Source: a virus | Strand: one strand, 5' to 3' | Virus record (IMG/VR): IMGVR_UViG_2814123225_000005 | Length of the DNA stretch: 64,000 bases | Shown: piece by piece, positions 29,185 through 39,650 of the stretch | Layout of the letters: each line of letters starts with the position of its first letter | Numbering within the stretch: position 1 is the first letter of the stretch | Translations under genes and position numbers: made by a program | Notes under the pieces: generated by a model | Told to the model about the DNA's origin: nothing | Database searches by the model: none | What the model saw: only the letters and a program-made list of their open reading frames with translations

Positions 29185-29568
29185 CTATCGCACCCCCATT
29201 CCGACACGACGAAGCCGCAGGTCCACATCGTTCTCGTCGCCGATTAAGTCGAGTACTTTTTGCGTCACCATTTGGTTGACGTCTTTCTCCACCGGGTAAA
29301 AGGAAAACGTCGCTACTCCCGTAACTGAATAGGATTGGACACCGTTCGATGCGTGCCTGTACGTATCGTTAAACTTGACAGAAAGCACATTTGCAAACTC
29401 GTATACCGCATTGTCCGGTATAGTGAGGCGAGGGTACCGCCTAGAAAGCGTATCTGCCGAGACGGTTATTAATCTTTTTTTCCTCTCCGTATCGCTTTCT
29501 AGCCAGTCCTGCACGTCTATACAGTTCGCTGTGATATACTCGTCAGCAGCGTTTATATTTACGGTCAT
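29185..29568 (-). CDS. Head-tail connector/adaptor
   Basis: AADEYI...W; directly after capsid gene. Confidence 0.7.
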   Translation of the reverse strand: MTVNINAADEYITANCIDVQDWLESDTERKKRLITVSADTLSRRYPRLTIPDNAVYEFANVLSVKFNDTYRHASNGVQSYSVTGVATFSFYPVEKDVNQMVTQKVLDLIGDENDVDLRLRRVGMGVR

Positions 29569-29582
29569 TACGACCTACCTCC

Positions 29583-30518
29583 TTATTTGGAGGCTTTTGC
29601 AGCGGGTTTAGGCGCCCCCGAACCTCCATCTTTTTTGATTACGCCAGACAACCGGGCAGCGGCGCGTGGGTGGAATACAGCCATCGCAGAATACCATTCG
29701 ATACGAGTCCGGTAGCAGGGTTTCTCATTAAGTTCACCGAGGTCACGGACGTTGATCGTACCGTTTTGCAGTCCGGACACATACTGTTCAGGTCCAAATC
29801 TCACGGCATAAAGTGATGTGGCATTGCCTGTCTCGTCAAAACCGATAATCTCATTTCCTTGAGCGTCGGTTTCGATAAATCTAATTGGAATGCCGCCGTA
29901 GGATATAACTGGGCGACCATACTTATCGTACTCACTTTCCGTGTATCCGTGGTGATCTTGGATTACACGCTTAATTTCGCGTCTCATCGTTTTATTGCTG
30001 TAGATAACGTCGGGTTGACCCTCTACAGCATCGATTAATTCGTCTAGCATCGTAATTGTAAGCTCTCCTGATTTACCATCAATGACCTGTTTGCCGGTCA
30101 AACGTTTTTGTAGACCGTCAAAGCTTTTCGGGTCTTGTGCAACATCGCCCTTGAAAAACGTTTTGGTCCAAGTTAGTGCTAGTGCTTTCGTTTTCATTTG
30201 CGTTTGGATTGCGCGCTGGTCGTTGACATTACCGCGAGTTTGGACGATAAAACGGTCGACGTCCACATCACCACCGGCAATTACGAGTCCCTCGGATAAT
30301 TGGTTAACTACACCAGTGGACTCTTGGTATCCCTCATTCACTCCACGGAAACCAACTCCGGGCAACACTGCCTCTTGGTTATAGCGGTAAGAGTTTCCAA
30401 CGATGTCCATAAACGGCAGCATCTCTAACACTGCGGAGCTTCGGGCAAATGTTTCAATTACACCTTTCTGTAGCGTATCTGTTGATAATTTAGCTGCTTC
30501 TGGGAGAGTTAATGCCAT
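29583..30518 (-). CDS. Major capsid protein
   Basis: MALTLPEAAKL; LPF..I.GNSYRYN; FDGLQKRL; RTRIEWY. Confidence 0.9.
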   Translation of the reverse strand: MALTLPEAAKLSTDTLQKGVIETFARSSAVLEMLPFMDIVGNSYRYNQEAVLPGVGFRGVNEGYQESTGVVNQLSEGLVIAGGDVDVDRFIVQTRGNVNDQRAIQTQMKTKALALTWTKTFFKGDVAQDPKSFDGLQKRLTGKQVIDGKSGELTITMLDELIDAVEGQPDVIYSNKTMRREIKRVIQDHHGYTESEYDKYGRPVISYGGIPIRFIETDAQGNEIIGFDETGNATSLYAVRFGPEQYVSGLQNGTINVRDLGELNEKPCYRTRIEWYSAMAVFHPRAAARLSGVIKKDGGSGAPKPAAKASK

Positions 30519-30547
30519 GTGAAATTCCTCCTTGTTTTTGGGAAAAT

Positions 30548-30575
30548 AAAAAGACGCTCTGGTTAAGCGTCTGTT
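30548..30575 (-). terminator. Terminator-like hairpin between scaffold and capsid genes
   Basis: AGACGC-loop-GCGTCT followed by T-run on minus strand. Confidence 0.55.
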
Positions 30576-31227
30576 AAGCCTTTGTTCCGTAGCCCATTTT
30601 GAGCAGTTGGAACGGGTTCATATCTTTTGTATCCACCTGTGCCGAGTCTCCGCTTGGATTCGTGCCGCCGCCAATCGGTTGCTGTGGTTTGTTCGCAAGA
30701 AACGGATTAGCCTTCAGCAAGCCGTCGACCACTTCGTCCATACCGGTTACTTTTCCGTCTTCCACCTTGACGGTAGACAGATCGACTAGTTTTAGCGCAG
30801 CGTCGACGTATGCTACTTTGCCGGTTGCGGCCTTAATAAACTCGTTGGTGATGCGTTCTTTCTCGATTTCGCCACGCACCTTCTCTAACTCTGACGCCAG
30901 TGCTTGTTTTTCTTCTTCGTGCTTCTTAGCCGCCTCGGCCAATCGTTCTTGCTCGGATAGATCGGCTAGACGTTTTTCCTCGGCAAGTCTTTCGTATTCA
31001 GTGAGTTTCGTTTTAATATCGTCGTAATCGCTGTATTTTTCAGCCTTTTTTCGCTCCCGTGCCAGCCGATCAGCTACGATTTTGTCTAGCTCTTCTTGCG
31101 TAAATGTTTTTGTCGTCTCCTCTCCCTTCGTTTGCTCTCCGCCACCTTCGCCACCTTCGCCACCTTCGCCGCCTTCGCCTTCTGCGAATAGTTGCAGGTT
31201 TAAAGGCAGTCTATACGTTTTCTCCAT
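30574..31227 (-). CDS. Capsid scaffolding protein
   Basis: LPLNLQLFAE; KTFTQEELDKIV..RLARE; coiled coil. Confidence 0.9.
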   Translation of the reverse strand: MEKTYRLPLNLQLFAEGEGGEGGEGGEGGGEQTKGEETTKTFTQEELDKIVADRLARERKKAEKYSDYDDIKTKLTEYERLAEEKRLADLSEQERLAEAAKKHEEEKQALASELEKVRGEIEKERITNEFIKAATGKVAYVDAALKLVDLSTVKVEDGKVTGMDEVVDGLLKANPFLANKPQQPIGGGTNPSGDSAQVDTKDMNPFQLLKMGYGTKA

Positions 31228-31314
31228 TGTTTACCTCCCGCGTTTTAGCACCGCGTAGTGCGTAGTTTCCGGAAGTTTAAAGCCGTTCCGTAAGGCATAC
31301 GAAAAGACGAGCGT

Positions 31315-32178
31315 TTATGACTCGTCGGGATCATCTTCTCCGTCTTCGTACCGCCTAGCGCTTCGGATAGGCGTAAAAGTGTGCTTGCAATGCGGATGAA
31401 ATATCTCTTTGGTTGCCCGAAGCTGATCATACGTCGGATAGGGACCGGGTGCCTCAGCCGTGAGCTTAATGATTTTTCCTTCCCAATTGCTACATGAGTC
31501 AGTTGCGCCGTGCCGGGATATGATTGCATACTGCACATCTCGCTCCAGTGCGGATATCGTCGTCGCTTCCCGGTACGTATTCATCATCTTGGTGCGCGTT
31601 AGCATCTCGACATAGGTATCGGGCCGCCATCTGCGCCCGGCTGCGTCGATGATACCGGAATCCAACGATTTCCCAAGCTCCTGCCGCATCCTGTCGAGTG
31701 CATCCCGGGATATCGTACGCCGGCCGTTGATTCCTGCGGCCATGTTCTCGCGGACTGAATCCGCATAGGCCTTTTTGATAGCCGATCTGACTTTTCTCTC
31801 AACGTTCTGGGTCACGGCCAAAACGTCTGCCTGCGTGTCAGCTATGGCTGCTGCGACCATGTTTTCGCTGATTTTGCTTAATTTTACGGCCTTGATCGCT
31901 TCCTCGACCGTCTCTACGATTTCAAGGGCAATAAGCGTTTTTATAACACCGTCAGCGGCCGCCTTCGGGATATTCTCCTCTATCCAACTGTCCGATTCGT
32001 CTACTAAATCAGCTAGAATACGCTCAATTTTTCGTATCGTCGTGAGTACGATAGCCCGCCGCATGCCGACGAGTTCCATTCCGTTCAGCTCATTTCGGAC
32101 TTTCTGGAGCGCCCGTTTGTATGCGTTGACTAGTTCGTCGACGTCGTAATCGTAACTTGGTTCTGGTATGTGGCTCAT
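31315..32178 (-). CDS. Minor capsid (head morphogenesis) protein
   Basis: DAAGRRW...YVEMLTRT; ISRHGA.DSC..WEG; FHPHCKH. Confidence 0.88.
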   Translation of the reverse strand: MSHIPEPSYDYDVDELVNAYKRALQKVRNELNGMELVGMRRAIVLTTIRKIERILADLVDESDSWIEENIPKAAADGVIKTLIALEIVETVEEAIKAVKLSKISENMVAAAIADTQADVLAVTQNVERKVRSAIKKAYADSVRENMAAGINGRRTISRDALDRMRQELGKSLDSGIIDAAGRRWRPDTYVEMLTRTKMMNTYREATTISALERDVQYAIISRHGATDSCSNWEGKIIKLTAEAPGPYPTYDQLRATKEIFHPHCKHTFTPIRSARRYEDGEDDPDES

Positions 32179-33686
32179 TCAGTTTCTTCCTCGACATCTT
32201 TGGATTCGTTAAAAATACTGGAATCGACAGGCATTTCCTCCCTTTCCTCACGCCGGATACGCTCAAGCTCCGCCTCCGCCTGCTCCTCGGTCATGTCATC
32301 GAGCCTCATCAGTGCTGTTTTCTGCGACAGGGTCGGTTTTCCACCGGTCCGTATGCTCGTCAGGTTTGCCATTTCGAGTTCATCGTCCGGTAGGCCGTCC
32401 TTAAACTGGATTTTCGGTACGGTAGGCTCGTAGTTAAGCCGTCCCGGTGCCTGCGCATGTTCCAGTAGTTGCGCGATGTATAAGACTTTCGCAAGCCCTT
32501 CCGCATAGTACTGGCGCTTACGGTTGATCTTGGCAAGCAGCGAATTCATCCGAAACTTGACCGCAGCCCCTGACGTATGGCTCGTTCCCGAATTATCCCG
32601 GCCAAGCGCAACAGGCGGGAGCTCTGCCGTTGTGAGTAGGAAATCGAGCAGCGTTTCAAGCTCTTTAAATGCGGCCATGAGCTGCCCGTCCCATGTGATG
32701 TATTTAGGGGTAAAGGTTTCGTCTTTATCTACCTCAAAAATTTTATCTCGCCCGGCGCGAAATATTGGCTGGCCGTCGTCATCTTCTTCTAGTGAGCCGG
32801 TTGGTATTGCCATCGCCGGGTCCGCGTGCTTGTCGAGGATATTTGCGATTTGAGACAGCCGATTATCGATCTCGTCAAATATAGCTTTATGCTCCGAGAG
32901 ATCGTCAATTCCTTCCCAAGATTCGTCAGTCCCATAGTTTGGGACGTGAACAACAAGTGGAAACGGCACTCCCGTTGTTACTTCTCGCTTTTCGCCTTCT
33001 TTTGGCGGTATCTCGGCATATATGCGCCACTGCTTGACTTTGTTATCCACGTTATACGTGATAGGCTCCATACGGAGTTTGCGGTATTTAATCAGTCCCG
33101 GGTAGTGACTCTCGACGAATAATTGCCAGTCGTCCTTTCCATCACGCTCGAACAAGACGGGATAAGCAATATGGTACGCAAAGATTAGATTTTCATTGGT
33201 CGGTAGCGGCTCCGGGAATACATATTCGGCTTTTTGTTGCTCGATGATAACCCGATACGGATCGATGGATTCGTCTAAAAATCCGTCATAATGCTGGCTG
33301 TAACGGACTTTGTAAAATGCGTCACCTCGGTATGCATTGCCTAAAGCACTCTCGTAGTTGATAATGTGCAATCGGTTCTCTTGTACCAGCCGTTCAATCG
33401 TCTCCTGCTCTGGCGAGTGGTCCTTTCCGTTGCCGGCCGAAAATGTCGGCGTTTCTCCAAACAGAAAATCCGCTGACTTTTTGCAGATGAGCCCAGGAAA
33501 GTTTGCGGTAATATATACGGTATCCCTCTGGGACTGAGTCAGCCGCTGATGCACGCGCTCGAATACATCGTAGTGAGCGCCTTTAAACAGTTTCTGGTTC
33601 TCTTTGTATCGTTCGATCCGTTTCTTATGCCTCTTTTGTTCCGTCGGGAAGTACTCGCCAACGGCGAATATATCTTTCAGTCTCAC
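32175..33686 (-). CDS. Portal protein (SPP1-like)
   Basis: YITWDGQL; SG.AVKF; between TerL and minor capsid; start GTG 33686 or CTG 33680. Confidence 0.9.
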   Translation of the reverse strand: MRLKDIFAVGEYFPTEQKRHKKRIERYKENQKLFKGAHYDVFERVHQRLTQSQRDTVYITANFPGLICKKSADFLFGETPTFSAGNGKDHSPEQETIERLVQENRLHIINYESALGNAYRGDAFYKVRYSQHYDGFLDESIDPYRVIIEQQKAEYVFPEPLPTNENLIFAYHIAYPVLFERDGKDDWQLFVESHYPGLIKYRKLRMEPITYNVDNKVKQWRIYAEIPPKEGEKREVTTGVPFPLVVHVPNYGTDESWEGIDDLSEHKAIFDEIDNRLSQIANILDKHADPAMAIPTGSLEEDDDGQPIFRAGRDKIFEVDKDETFTPKYITWDGQLMAAFKELETLLDFLLTTAELPPVALGRDNSGTSHTSGAAVKFRMNSLLAKINRKRQYYAEGLAKVLYIAQLLEHAQAPGRLNYEPTVPKIQFKDGLPDDELEMANLTSIRTGGKPTLSQKTALMRLDDMTEEQAEAELERIRREEREEMPVDSSIFNESKDVEEETE

Positions 33687-35462
33687 TCACCTCCTTATAG
33701 TCCCGGTGGTTTTTTTATAATAGGACTTCTTACGCCGCCTCTTTCCACCTGCAATATCGACAGCTCCGGCCAGTGCGTCCGGCAGGTCATCGTGTGTACC
33801 TCCCGGAAACTGTTCCATCTGTTCGAGCAGCAATCGGTGGGACCGGTTGAAACGTAAAAAACCACTCTCAATGAGCGGCTCCAGTGATTCGATGCGTTCT
33901 TCTTTTTTCGTTTTGGACGAGAAAGATTTTATTCTTGTCCGGTATATCTTGAGCCGCGATAACTCCTCTTGAATCTGTCGATACATGTCGAATTGAGCCC
34001 CGACAGTCTCGACGACAAAGACCCGATGCTCATATTCGATGATCTTCTCTACCGCCACCTTGAGCGCAACGTGCGCCTGACACTTCTGGGCCCACGCATC
34101 AAGGACGTAGAGGACACCGGTCCGCCGGCATCGGCCAATCGTAACAATTGCATTGTAGTCGCTGCGCCTGTTTTTGCCTTGCGCAATGTCCCAAAATGCG
34201 TATAGGTCCATCGGGATCGTGCGGCCGTACTGATCGTAGATGTCGGATTCGTCGTAATAACGAAATTTCTCCGGCACGAATATCGCGCTTTCTTCGTCGA
34301 TCGGGTTGTTTTGGTACTCCGTGTTAAAGGCGCGCGATCCGTTATCCCACTACCAACGCATCAATTTCCACAGCGGCTGAACTTCCGGCCATAGTACGAC
34401 GGCTCCCTCGTCCATTTCGGATTTGTGTTCGAGGTAAAAAGCTTCCGCCGCCTCTGCTCGCTCGTCTTCCGGCCTTTCGGGGTCAAGATAAATCGACCGG
34501 CATTTCTCCCACAGGTCAGTTTGATTAGGTTCCTCAATAAGCGCCTTGTACCGCTTTGTCTTAAAGTCAGTACGCTTCATAACCTTGATTAAGAGAGCGT
34601 CCACGTGCACGACGGTACCCATATAGATAATCGCTGTCTTCTTGCCGGCAGGGTCTCCGAGAGGCACGACAACCTTCGTAAACCAGTCAAACAGTTCTTG
34701 CCGTAATTGCTCTGTGTTCGTATTCCGTTTATCTTCGAGATCGTCACAGATAACCAAGTCTGGGCGCACTCCGTTCCAGTTTCGTCCACGAAGAGCTTGC
34801 CCCGTTGAGGCCGCCTCAACCTTGCATATTTGATGCTGTCTATCATCCTCCATCGGCTCCCACGCAACAAACTCGGACGTATTATCCCTCGGGTTCATCT
34901 GCTGTTTAGGGTGGAGCAACGGACCAAAGTCCTTCCGTAGCTTCTCGTTATGCTTTAGCTGGTTCGCGATCCATTCTAGGTTCGCGCTGGAAACTGTCGG
35001 GGTCTCCGAGATGACGATGATATACTTTCGTAGCCGGTAGACGATCTCATGCAAAGGGTTCGCCTTTGATAGATACGTTGATTTAGCATGGGATCGCGGC
35101 GCGGCTACCGCTACCTTGCCGTTCCTCTTGACATACGAGATACGATTCATTTCATCGCAGATTTCTTTGTGAAATTGCGGAGCATCCGCTACATCTTCCA
35201 GCTCAAAGCTATCCCAGTTGCCCGGATTGCCCGGGTTTCTCGTTTCCGAAAAGTATTCCCACGCAAAATAGAGTAGATTACGCTCGCCCCGGTGGATACG
35301 CTCCAACCGCTCAAGCTCCGTTAGATACTCGTCAAGTTCAGCGAGCTCACTTTCAGTAAGCCGATTCTGATTCGCGGCCATAGCGTCGATCAGCTCGGTG
35401 TACTTGCGTATGAGTTCCTCGCGTTTCTCTCGTTTTAGCCACTCGGTGCCGGTCCACGTCAC
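33687..35462 (-). pseudogene. terL: Terminase large subunit with in-frame TAG at 34350-34352
   Basis: APRSHAKST, RPDLVICDDLE, GTVVH; LMRW*WDNG; C-terminal WDIA..D..AIV, HDDLPDA. Confidence 0.92.
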
Positions 35463-35577
35463 GGCATCGCCTCCAATCATTGATTTTTAACGGAAAAATC
35501 ACGGGAAATTACCGTGTTTCACGCTCAGGTCGACCGTTTGGTCTTCCGCAAGGGAAAACGGCTAATTTCCCGTTGAT

Positions 35578-35757
35578 TTATCGTAACCACCGCAGCCCCC
35601 GTATTGCCGACAAAATAGTCAAGGCATAGACGATGATTAATAATGCGGTGTCTCCCGGCGATAAGCCCGCTAAACGGATAGCGAAAATAAGTACCGCCGC
35701 AAACGCAATTATAAAAATGCCGATGAGCACCGATGCAGCTACATGTAATTTATTCAT
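35578..35757 (-). CDS. 59-aa two-TM membrane protein
   Basis: MNKLHVAASVLIGIFIIAFAAVLIF...; overlaps upstream stop. Confidence 0.6.
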   Translation of the reverse strand: MNKLHVAASVLIGIFIIAFAAVLIFAIRLAGLSPGDTALLIIVYALTILSAIRGLRWLR

Positions 35758-36025
35758 CGCTGAAATGTTCCCCGATAAAATCTAAGTAAACTTGAGTTTT
35801 AGAGTCTCCGTACCATTTATCTATCAGTTCTCCATCAATCTGGTGTTCGAGAATTCCGCAGTACTTATACGCGTTCCCTTCCTCAACCCTAAAACGCTGC
35901 CCTTCTCGCAGAAGTGAATATGCGATTGCTTCGATATCTTTCCGAATCTTCTCTTCTAGCGCTCTTTTGATATACGCCTGTGCACTTTCTACCTGTTCCA
36001 CGATAACCCGACCTCCAAACGTCAA
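35750..36025 (-). CDS. Hypothetical protein
   Basis: ORF; likely GTG start after GGAGG. Confidence 0.6.
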   Translation of the reverse strand: MTFGGRVIVEQVESAQAYIKRALEEKIRKDIEAIAYSLLREGQRFRVEEGNAYKYCGILEHQIDGELIDKWYGDSKTQVYLDFIGEHFSDE

Positions 36026-36892
36026 TTATTTACGGGAAATTTACGAGAAATTATCGATTTTCAAGCCTAGGTAATATATTTGGTCGTTTCGATGGCTAAT
36101 CGTCTAATTTCTCGGTGATTTTTCGTTATGCAAGGATATGCCGACGACCATAAGCGCATCGGTTTCGTCCATGCGGCCGTCCTCCCCGCCTAGTTTTCGT
36201 TAGCCAAGCAACAGCGATCTGATACCGCATATTATATTAGTGCCACCTCGTTTTCACTCCTTTAAGCGGTGGGGTAGCTGTCGTTGCGTGGTTGGTTCGT
36301 CCGCACAGACTTCGCTTATGTATCGGAACAGGGCCCGGTGCATAAGCGTTGCCGTGACGGGCAAACCCAAACGTTATTTTTGATGCGCGGATTTTTCCGG
36401 CACGAGACGCAGCCCCTCGATAGGGGCCCTTGGGGGTGGGTGCCCTCCTTGTCGGATTGGGTTCACGCAGCCCCCGTTTCATGCATCGTTTATGCATCGA
36501 AAGCCTTACGAAATAAGAACGCAAAACACAAAATCTTGTGTTTAACGAAATATTCAATCGACAAATGAACGATGATACGTTCGCACGACAGCCGCAATGC
36601 CGCGTCAGCACTGGCTTTATACTATCGTTCGCTGAAGATAAACATCTGTACAAAAGCCGAATTATGTGCGGCAGTATATACCCGGCACTGTATGCGGGTG
36701 AATAAGTATACGGGGACTGAATCGGGTCCGCGCGGTTGGTTTCTGAAAAGTTTCGGAGGACCTTCCGTCAGGACTGCGCAAGGGATGTAATCGACCCGGT
36801 TACGATTGGTCAACGAAAGCCGATCGTCTCAATCCCACTGTAACACACATAGTTACAACGCAGCCCTACATATTACTGCCCGTCTAATCCCC

Positions 36893-37282
36893 CTACTGTG
36901 TACGGCGGTCTTTGAACGCAGCCAGCCGCTGGTTCAACGCCTCCACATCGACTTGGTCCGGCCCGGTCGTTTCAACCTCGATCCGGTCGGTCAGCATACC
37001 GTTAATCTGTAGCGCAAGCTTAGCCATTGCTGCGTTACCATCCCGGATAGCAATCTCCGTCAGGCTATCGATTAACTCCGGCAACTTCTCCTGACTGTTG
37101 CGGACCATCTGACGCTTAAGCTCCGCCTCGAACATCTGATCCTTACGCCAGTTGCCTATTGTGTTCGGATGCACCCCGCATATCTCGGCAATCTCTGCGT
37201 ATGTCTTTCCGCCTTTCTTTGGCAACGCTAAATAGCCGATTGCCGTATATTGCTCCGTGCTTAACAATTTTTTAAACGTCAT
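36893..37282 (-). CDS. Terminase small subunit candidate (phBC6A51-type HTH)
   Basis: LSTEQ..AI.YL...KTYAEIAEICGV...TIGNWRK..MF. Confidence 0.75.
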   Translation of the reverse strand: MTFKKLLSTEQYTAIGYLALPKKGGKTYAEIAEICGVHPNTIGNWRKDQMFEAELKRQMVRNSQEKLPELIDSLTEIAIRDGNAAMAKLALQINGMLTDRIEVETTGPDQVDVEALNQRLAAFKDRRTQ

Positions 37283-37691
37283 GATTACCGTCCTCCTTTC
37301 GTATAACTCCGCCTCTGTGGTACAGTTCTTTTTCTATCTCTCGTATTTCGCGTTTTGCATCAGCCAGATCACGCTGTATATAAAAGCCCGTAAACCCGCT
37401 CATATCATCGACCCATCTTTGTAAGTACCGTAATCTATCTAAAAGCCGGCACTTACGGATAAACTCATCCGCATCTCGGGTAACAAGTACATCGGCAAAA
37501 TACGAGTCCCTATCCACAACTGACTGCCAAGATGTAGAGTCGGTTTGGATTTTATGAATACCGCCAGTCATACCTTTAGCTTTCGCCACAAACGCCCTAA
37601 GCGTCTCCTTATCAAGCTTCCCCTCGGATGCATAATGCCAAGCGATACGGCGGTCGCCAACACCCTCTAATGCGATAAAATGGTACGCCAT
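37272..37691 (-). CDS. Hypothetical protein
   Basis: SD GGAGG. Confidence 0.65.
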   Translation of the reverse strand: MAYHFIALEGVGDRRIAWHYASEGKLDKETLRAFVAKAKGMTGGIHKIQTDSTSWQSVVDRDSYFADVLVTRDADEFIRKCRLLDRLRYLQRWVDDMSGFTGFYIQRDLADAKREIREIEKELYHRGGVIRKEDGNHDV

Positions 37692-37692
37692 A

Positions 37693-37860
37693 TTAATGCT
37701 CCTCCTCGTAATCTATATCGACCTGAACATAGCCCTTTAGCGTAAACATCGGCTCTTGTAGTCCCCGTTTAACAAGCGCAATTGCCCCTTGTTTGTAGAG
37801 GATGTCATCGCCACATACAATCAGATCATCGTTTTCCAAGTAGGATAGTCTAACGGTCAT
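37693..37860 (-). CDS. 55-aa hypothetical protein
   Basis: Fills the gap between flanking genes; translated by hand. Confidence 0.5.
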   Translation of the reverse strand: MTVRLSYLENDDLIVCGDDILYKQGAIALVKRGLQEPMFTLKGYVQVDIDYEEEH

Positions 37861-38068
37861 ATAATCGTTTCCCCCGTTTCATTCCCTCTCGTCCTTCCGC
37901 AATACGATCGGATACTTCTTCGTACTCATCGTCAAATTCCCGCATCCTGCGTTCTGATTCCGTCATCACCTTCATGAATTGCCGGTAATTGCGAGTATCA
38001 TAGTAAAGTGCATATATGACTATACCACCGGCAATTGCGGTAATGATTGCGAATATAGTTACGTACAT
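37850..38068 (-). CDS. Small protein with N-terminal TM helix
   Basis: MYVTIFAIITAIAGGIVIYALYY; SD AAGGAGG. Confidence 0.65.
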   Translation of the reverse strand: MYVTIFAIITAIAGGIVIYALYYDTRNYRQFMKVMTESERRMREFDDEYEEVSDRIAEGREGMKRGKRLYDR

Positions 38069-38204
38069 GGTAAAGACCTCCTTATCGCTACGTCGCTTCG
38101 CTCCTTGCGACCTTCGACCCGTCGCTAGCGCTCCGTGTCTTGGTAATAGTTATCCTTCCTCGTCTATTACTTATCTTTTAAAGATCGATGATAAGGGTAT
38201 TATC

Positions 38205-39592
38205 GATCAAGTCCAAATTTGTGTGTAAATTCCCTCAGCTAGACTGTGCTACATAATGCGAGTCACTTTGGCATCGGACTTTGGCCGATCCTTCCGCCAT
38301 TCCATGTACTCGGTCATGTCGAGATATTTCTTGCCGGCTGCCCATTTTTCATCCTGTTCCATCAATAGAGCACCAATAAGACGAATCACGGATTCACGGT
38401 TTGGGAAGATGCGAATGACACGTTCCCGGCGTCTAACCTCTTCGTTGAGACGCTCAACGCTATTTGTCGTGCGCAGCCGTTTTCGGTAACGCTCTGGCAG
38501 CATTAAGACGGCGGTAGCATCGTCAAATCCGCTTTCCAGCACGCCCATCGCCTTACCCGCCTTATCTTCATAAGCCGCTAAGGTCTGTTTTAATAAAAAC
38601 CTTGCCGTTCCAGTATCAGGAGCATCTAGAATCGACCGTAGACGGCCATGGATCTCATCCTTCAAGGCTTTGGGTGAGGCTTCTAATACATTTCGCGTGA
38701 AGTGAGTCTGGCATCGCTGCCATGTTACCCCTTGCAGCTGCTGCCGTACCGCGCGTACAAGGCCGCCATGATCGTCGGAGGTAATGAGATCCACACCTCG
38801 TAATCCACGTCCTTTTAGAGAGCTGAAAAACTCACTCCAGCTTGCTTCAGATTCTGTGTCACCCAGCATCAGGCCAAGGACTTCACGATAGCCCTCGGTG
38901 TTTACACCAATGGCAATCATGATGCCTCGTGAGCGTACACGACCGTCTTCACGGACCTTGAGATACATCGCATCTACGAGAACAAACGGAAAGAGGCTGT
39001 CTGCCAGGCTTCGATTATTCCAAGCAGTTACGATGGGATCCAGCCGCTTACAAAGGTCTGAAACAGTGGATTTAGAAAACTCGGTTCCGCAGAGTTCTTC
39101 GGTTACTTGCGAGACTTTACGCGTAGAGACGCCGTTTACGACCATTTCCATCATCGCTAAGATTAACGCTTGTTCACTTCTCTGGTAACGACTAAAGAGC
39201 TCTGTCGTGAACTTCCCGCCACGGATGCGCGGAACACTTAGTGTAATGGTTCCCACCCGCGTATGCAGCCCATGTGGATACGATCCATTCCGGTACGCTT
39301 TTCGATTCTCTGTTCGTTCATAACGATCTGCTTCCACTTGTTCACTCACCTGTGCTTGTAAGACTTGGTTCAGTACAGACTCGAGCAGCTTGGCTACACC
39401 CGCATCCTGAGAATTTCCCAAAAATAGTTGATGCAAAAGCTGCGAATCTACGTTAATCTGGCATTGAGCCATTTCATAACACCTCGTATATTTAGAATTT
39501 TGTGTCCCAACATTATTCTAACTGAGGGCTATGAATATGGCTCCTTTCATTTTTTGGAACCTAGCTTTTTACACAATTATACGGACTCAACT
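38205..39592 (-). mobile_element. IS256-family insertion sequence, 1388 bp
   Basis: IRs GATCAAGTCCAAATTTGTGTGTAAAT and AGTTGAGTCCGTATAATTGTGTAAAA; 9-bp target duplication GGTATTATC (38196-38204, 39593-39601). Confidence 0.93.
38249..39472 (-). CDS. tnp: IS256-family (Mutator-type) DDE transposase
   Basis: YRNG...VPR.R.G.F; GVSTRKV; VDAMY.KVR; WQRC..H; RTTN..ERLN.E. Confidence 0.97.
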   Translation of the reverse strand: MAQCQINVDSQLLHQLFLGNSQDAGVAKLLESVLNQVLQAQVSEQVEADRYERTENRKAYRNGSYPHGLHTRVGTITLSVPRIRGGKFTTELFSRYQRSEQALILAMMEMVVNGVSTRKVSQVTEELCGTEFSKSTVSDLCKRLDPIVTAWNNRSLADSLFPFVLVDAMYLKVREDGRVRSRGIMIAIGVNTEGYREVLGLMLGDTESEASWSEFFSSLKGRGLRGVDLITSDDHGGLVRAVRQQLQGVTWQRCQTHFTRNVLEASPKALKDEIHGRLRSILDAPDTGTARFLLKQTLAAYEDKAGKAMGVLESGFDDATAVLMLPERYRKRLRTTNSVERLNEEVRRRERVIRIFPNRESVIRLIGALLMEQDEKWAAGKKYLDMTEYMEWRKDRPKSDAKVTRIM

Positions 39593-39650
39593 GGTATTAT
39601 CTATTTACACAAGTAAGGAACGAAGAGACTTACGCAGTGTTAATGTTTTT

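Larger units (their letters stand above)
35470..36111. repeat. Two imperfect ~100-bp repeats (35470-35569, 36012-36111), each ending in an SD
   Basis: Shared GAAATTAG..GACCAAA..ACCT..TGAAA..TAATTT..TTGGAGG blocks on minus strand. Confidence 0.6.

Noticed and set aside
31139-31185. GGCGAAGGT-type tandem repeat as contingency locus
   Set aside because: Encodes an in-frame (EGG)n linker at the scaffold N-terminus; 9-bp unit changes would not alter frame
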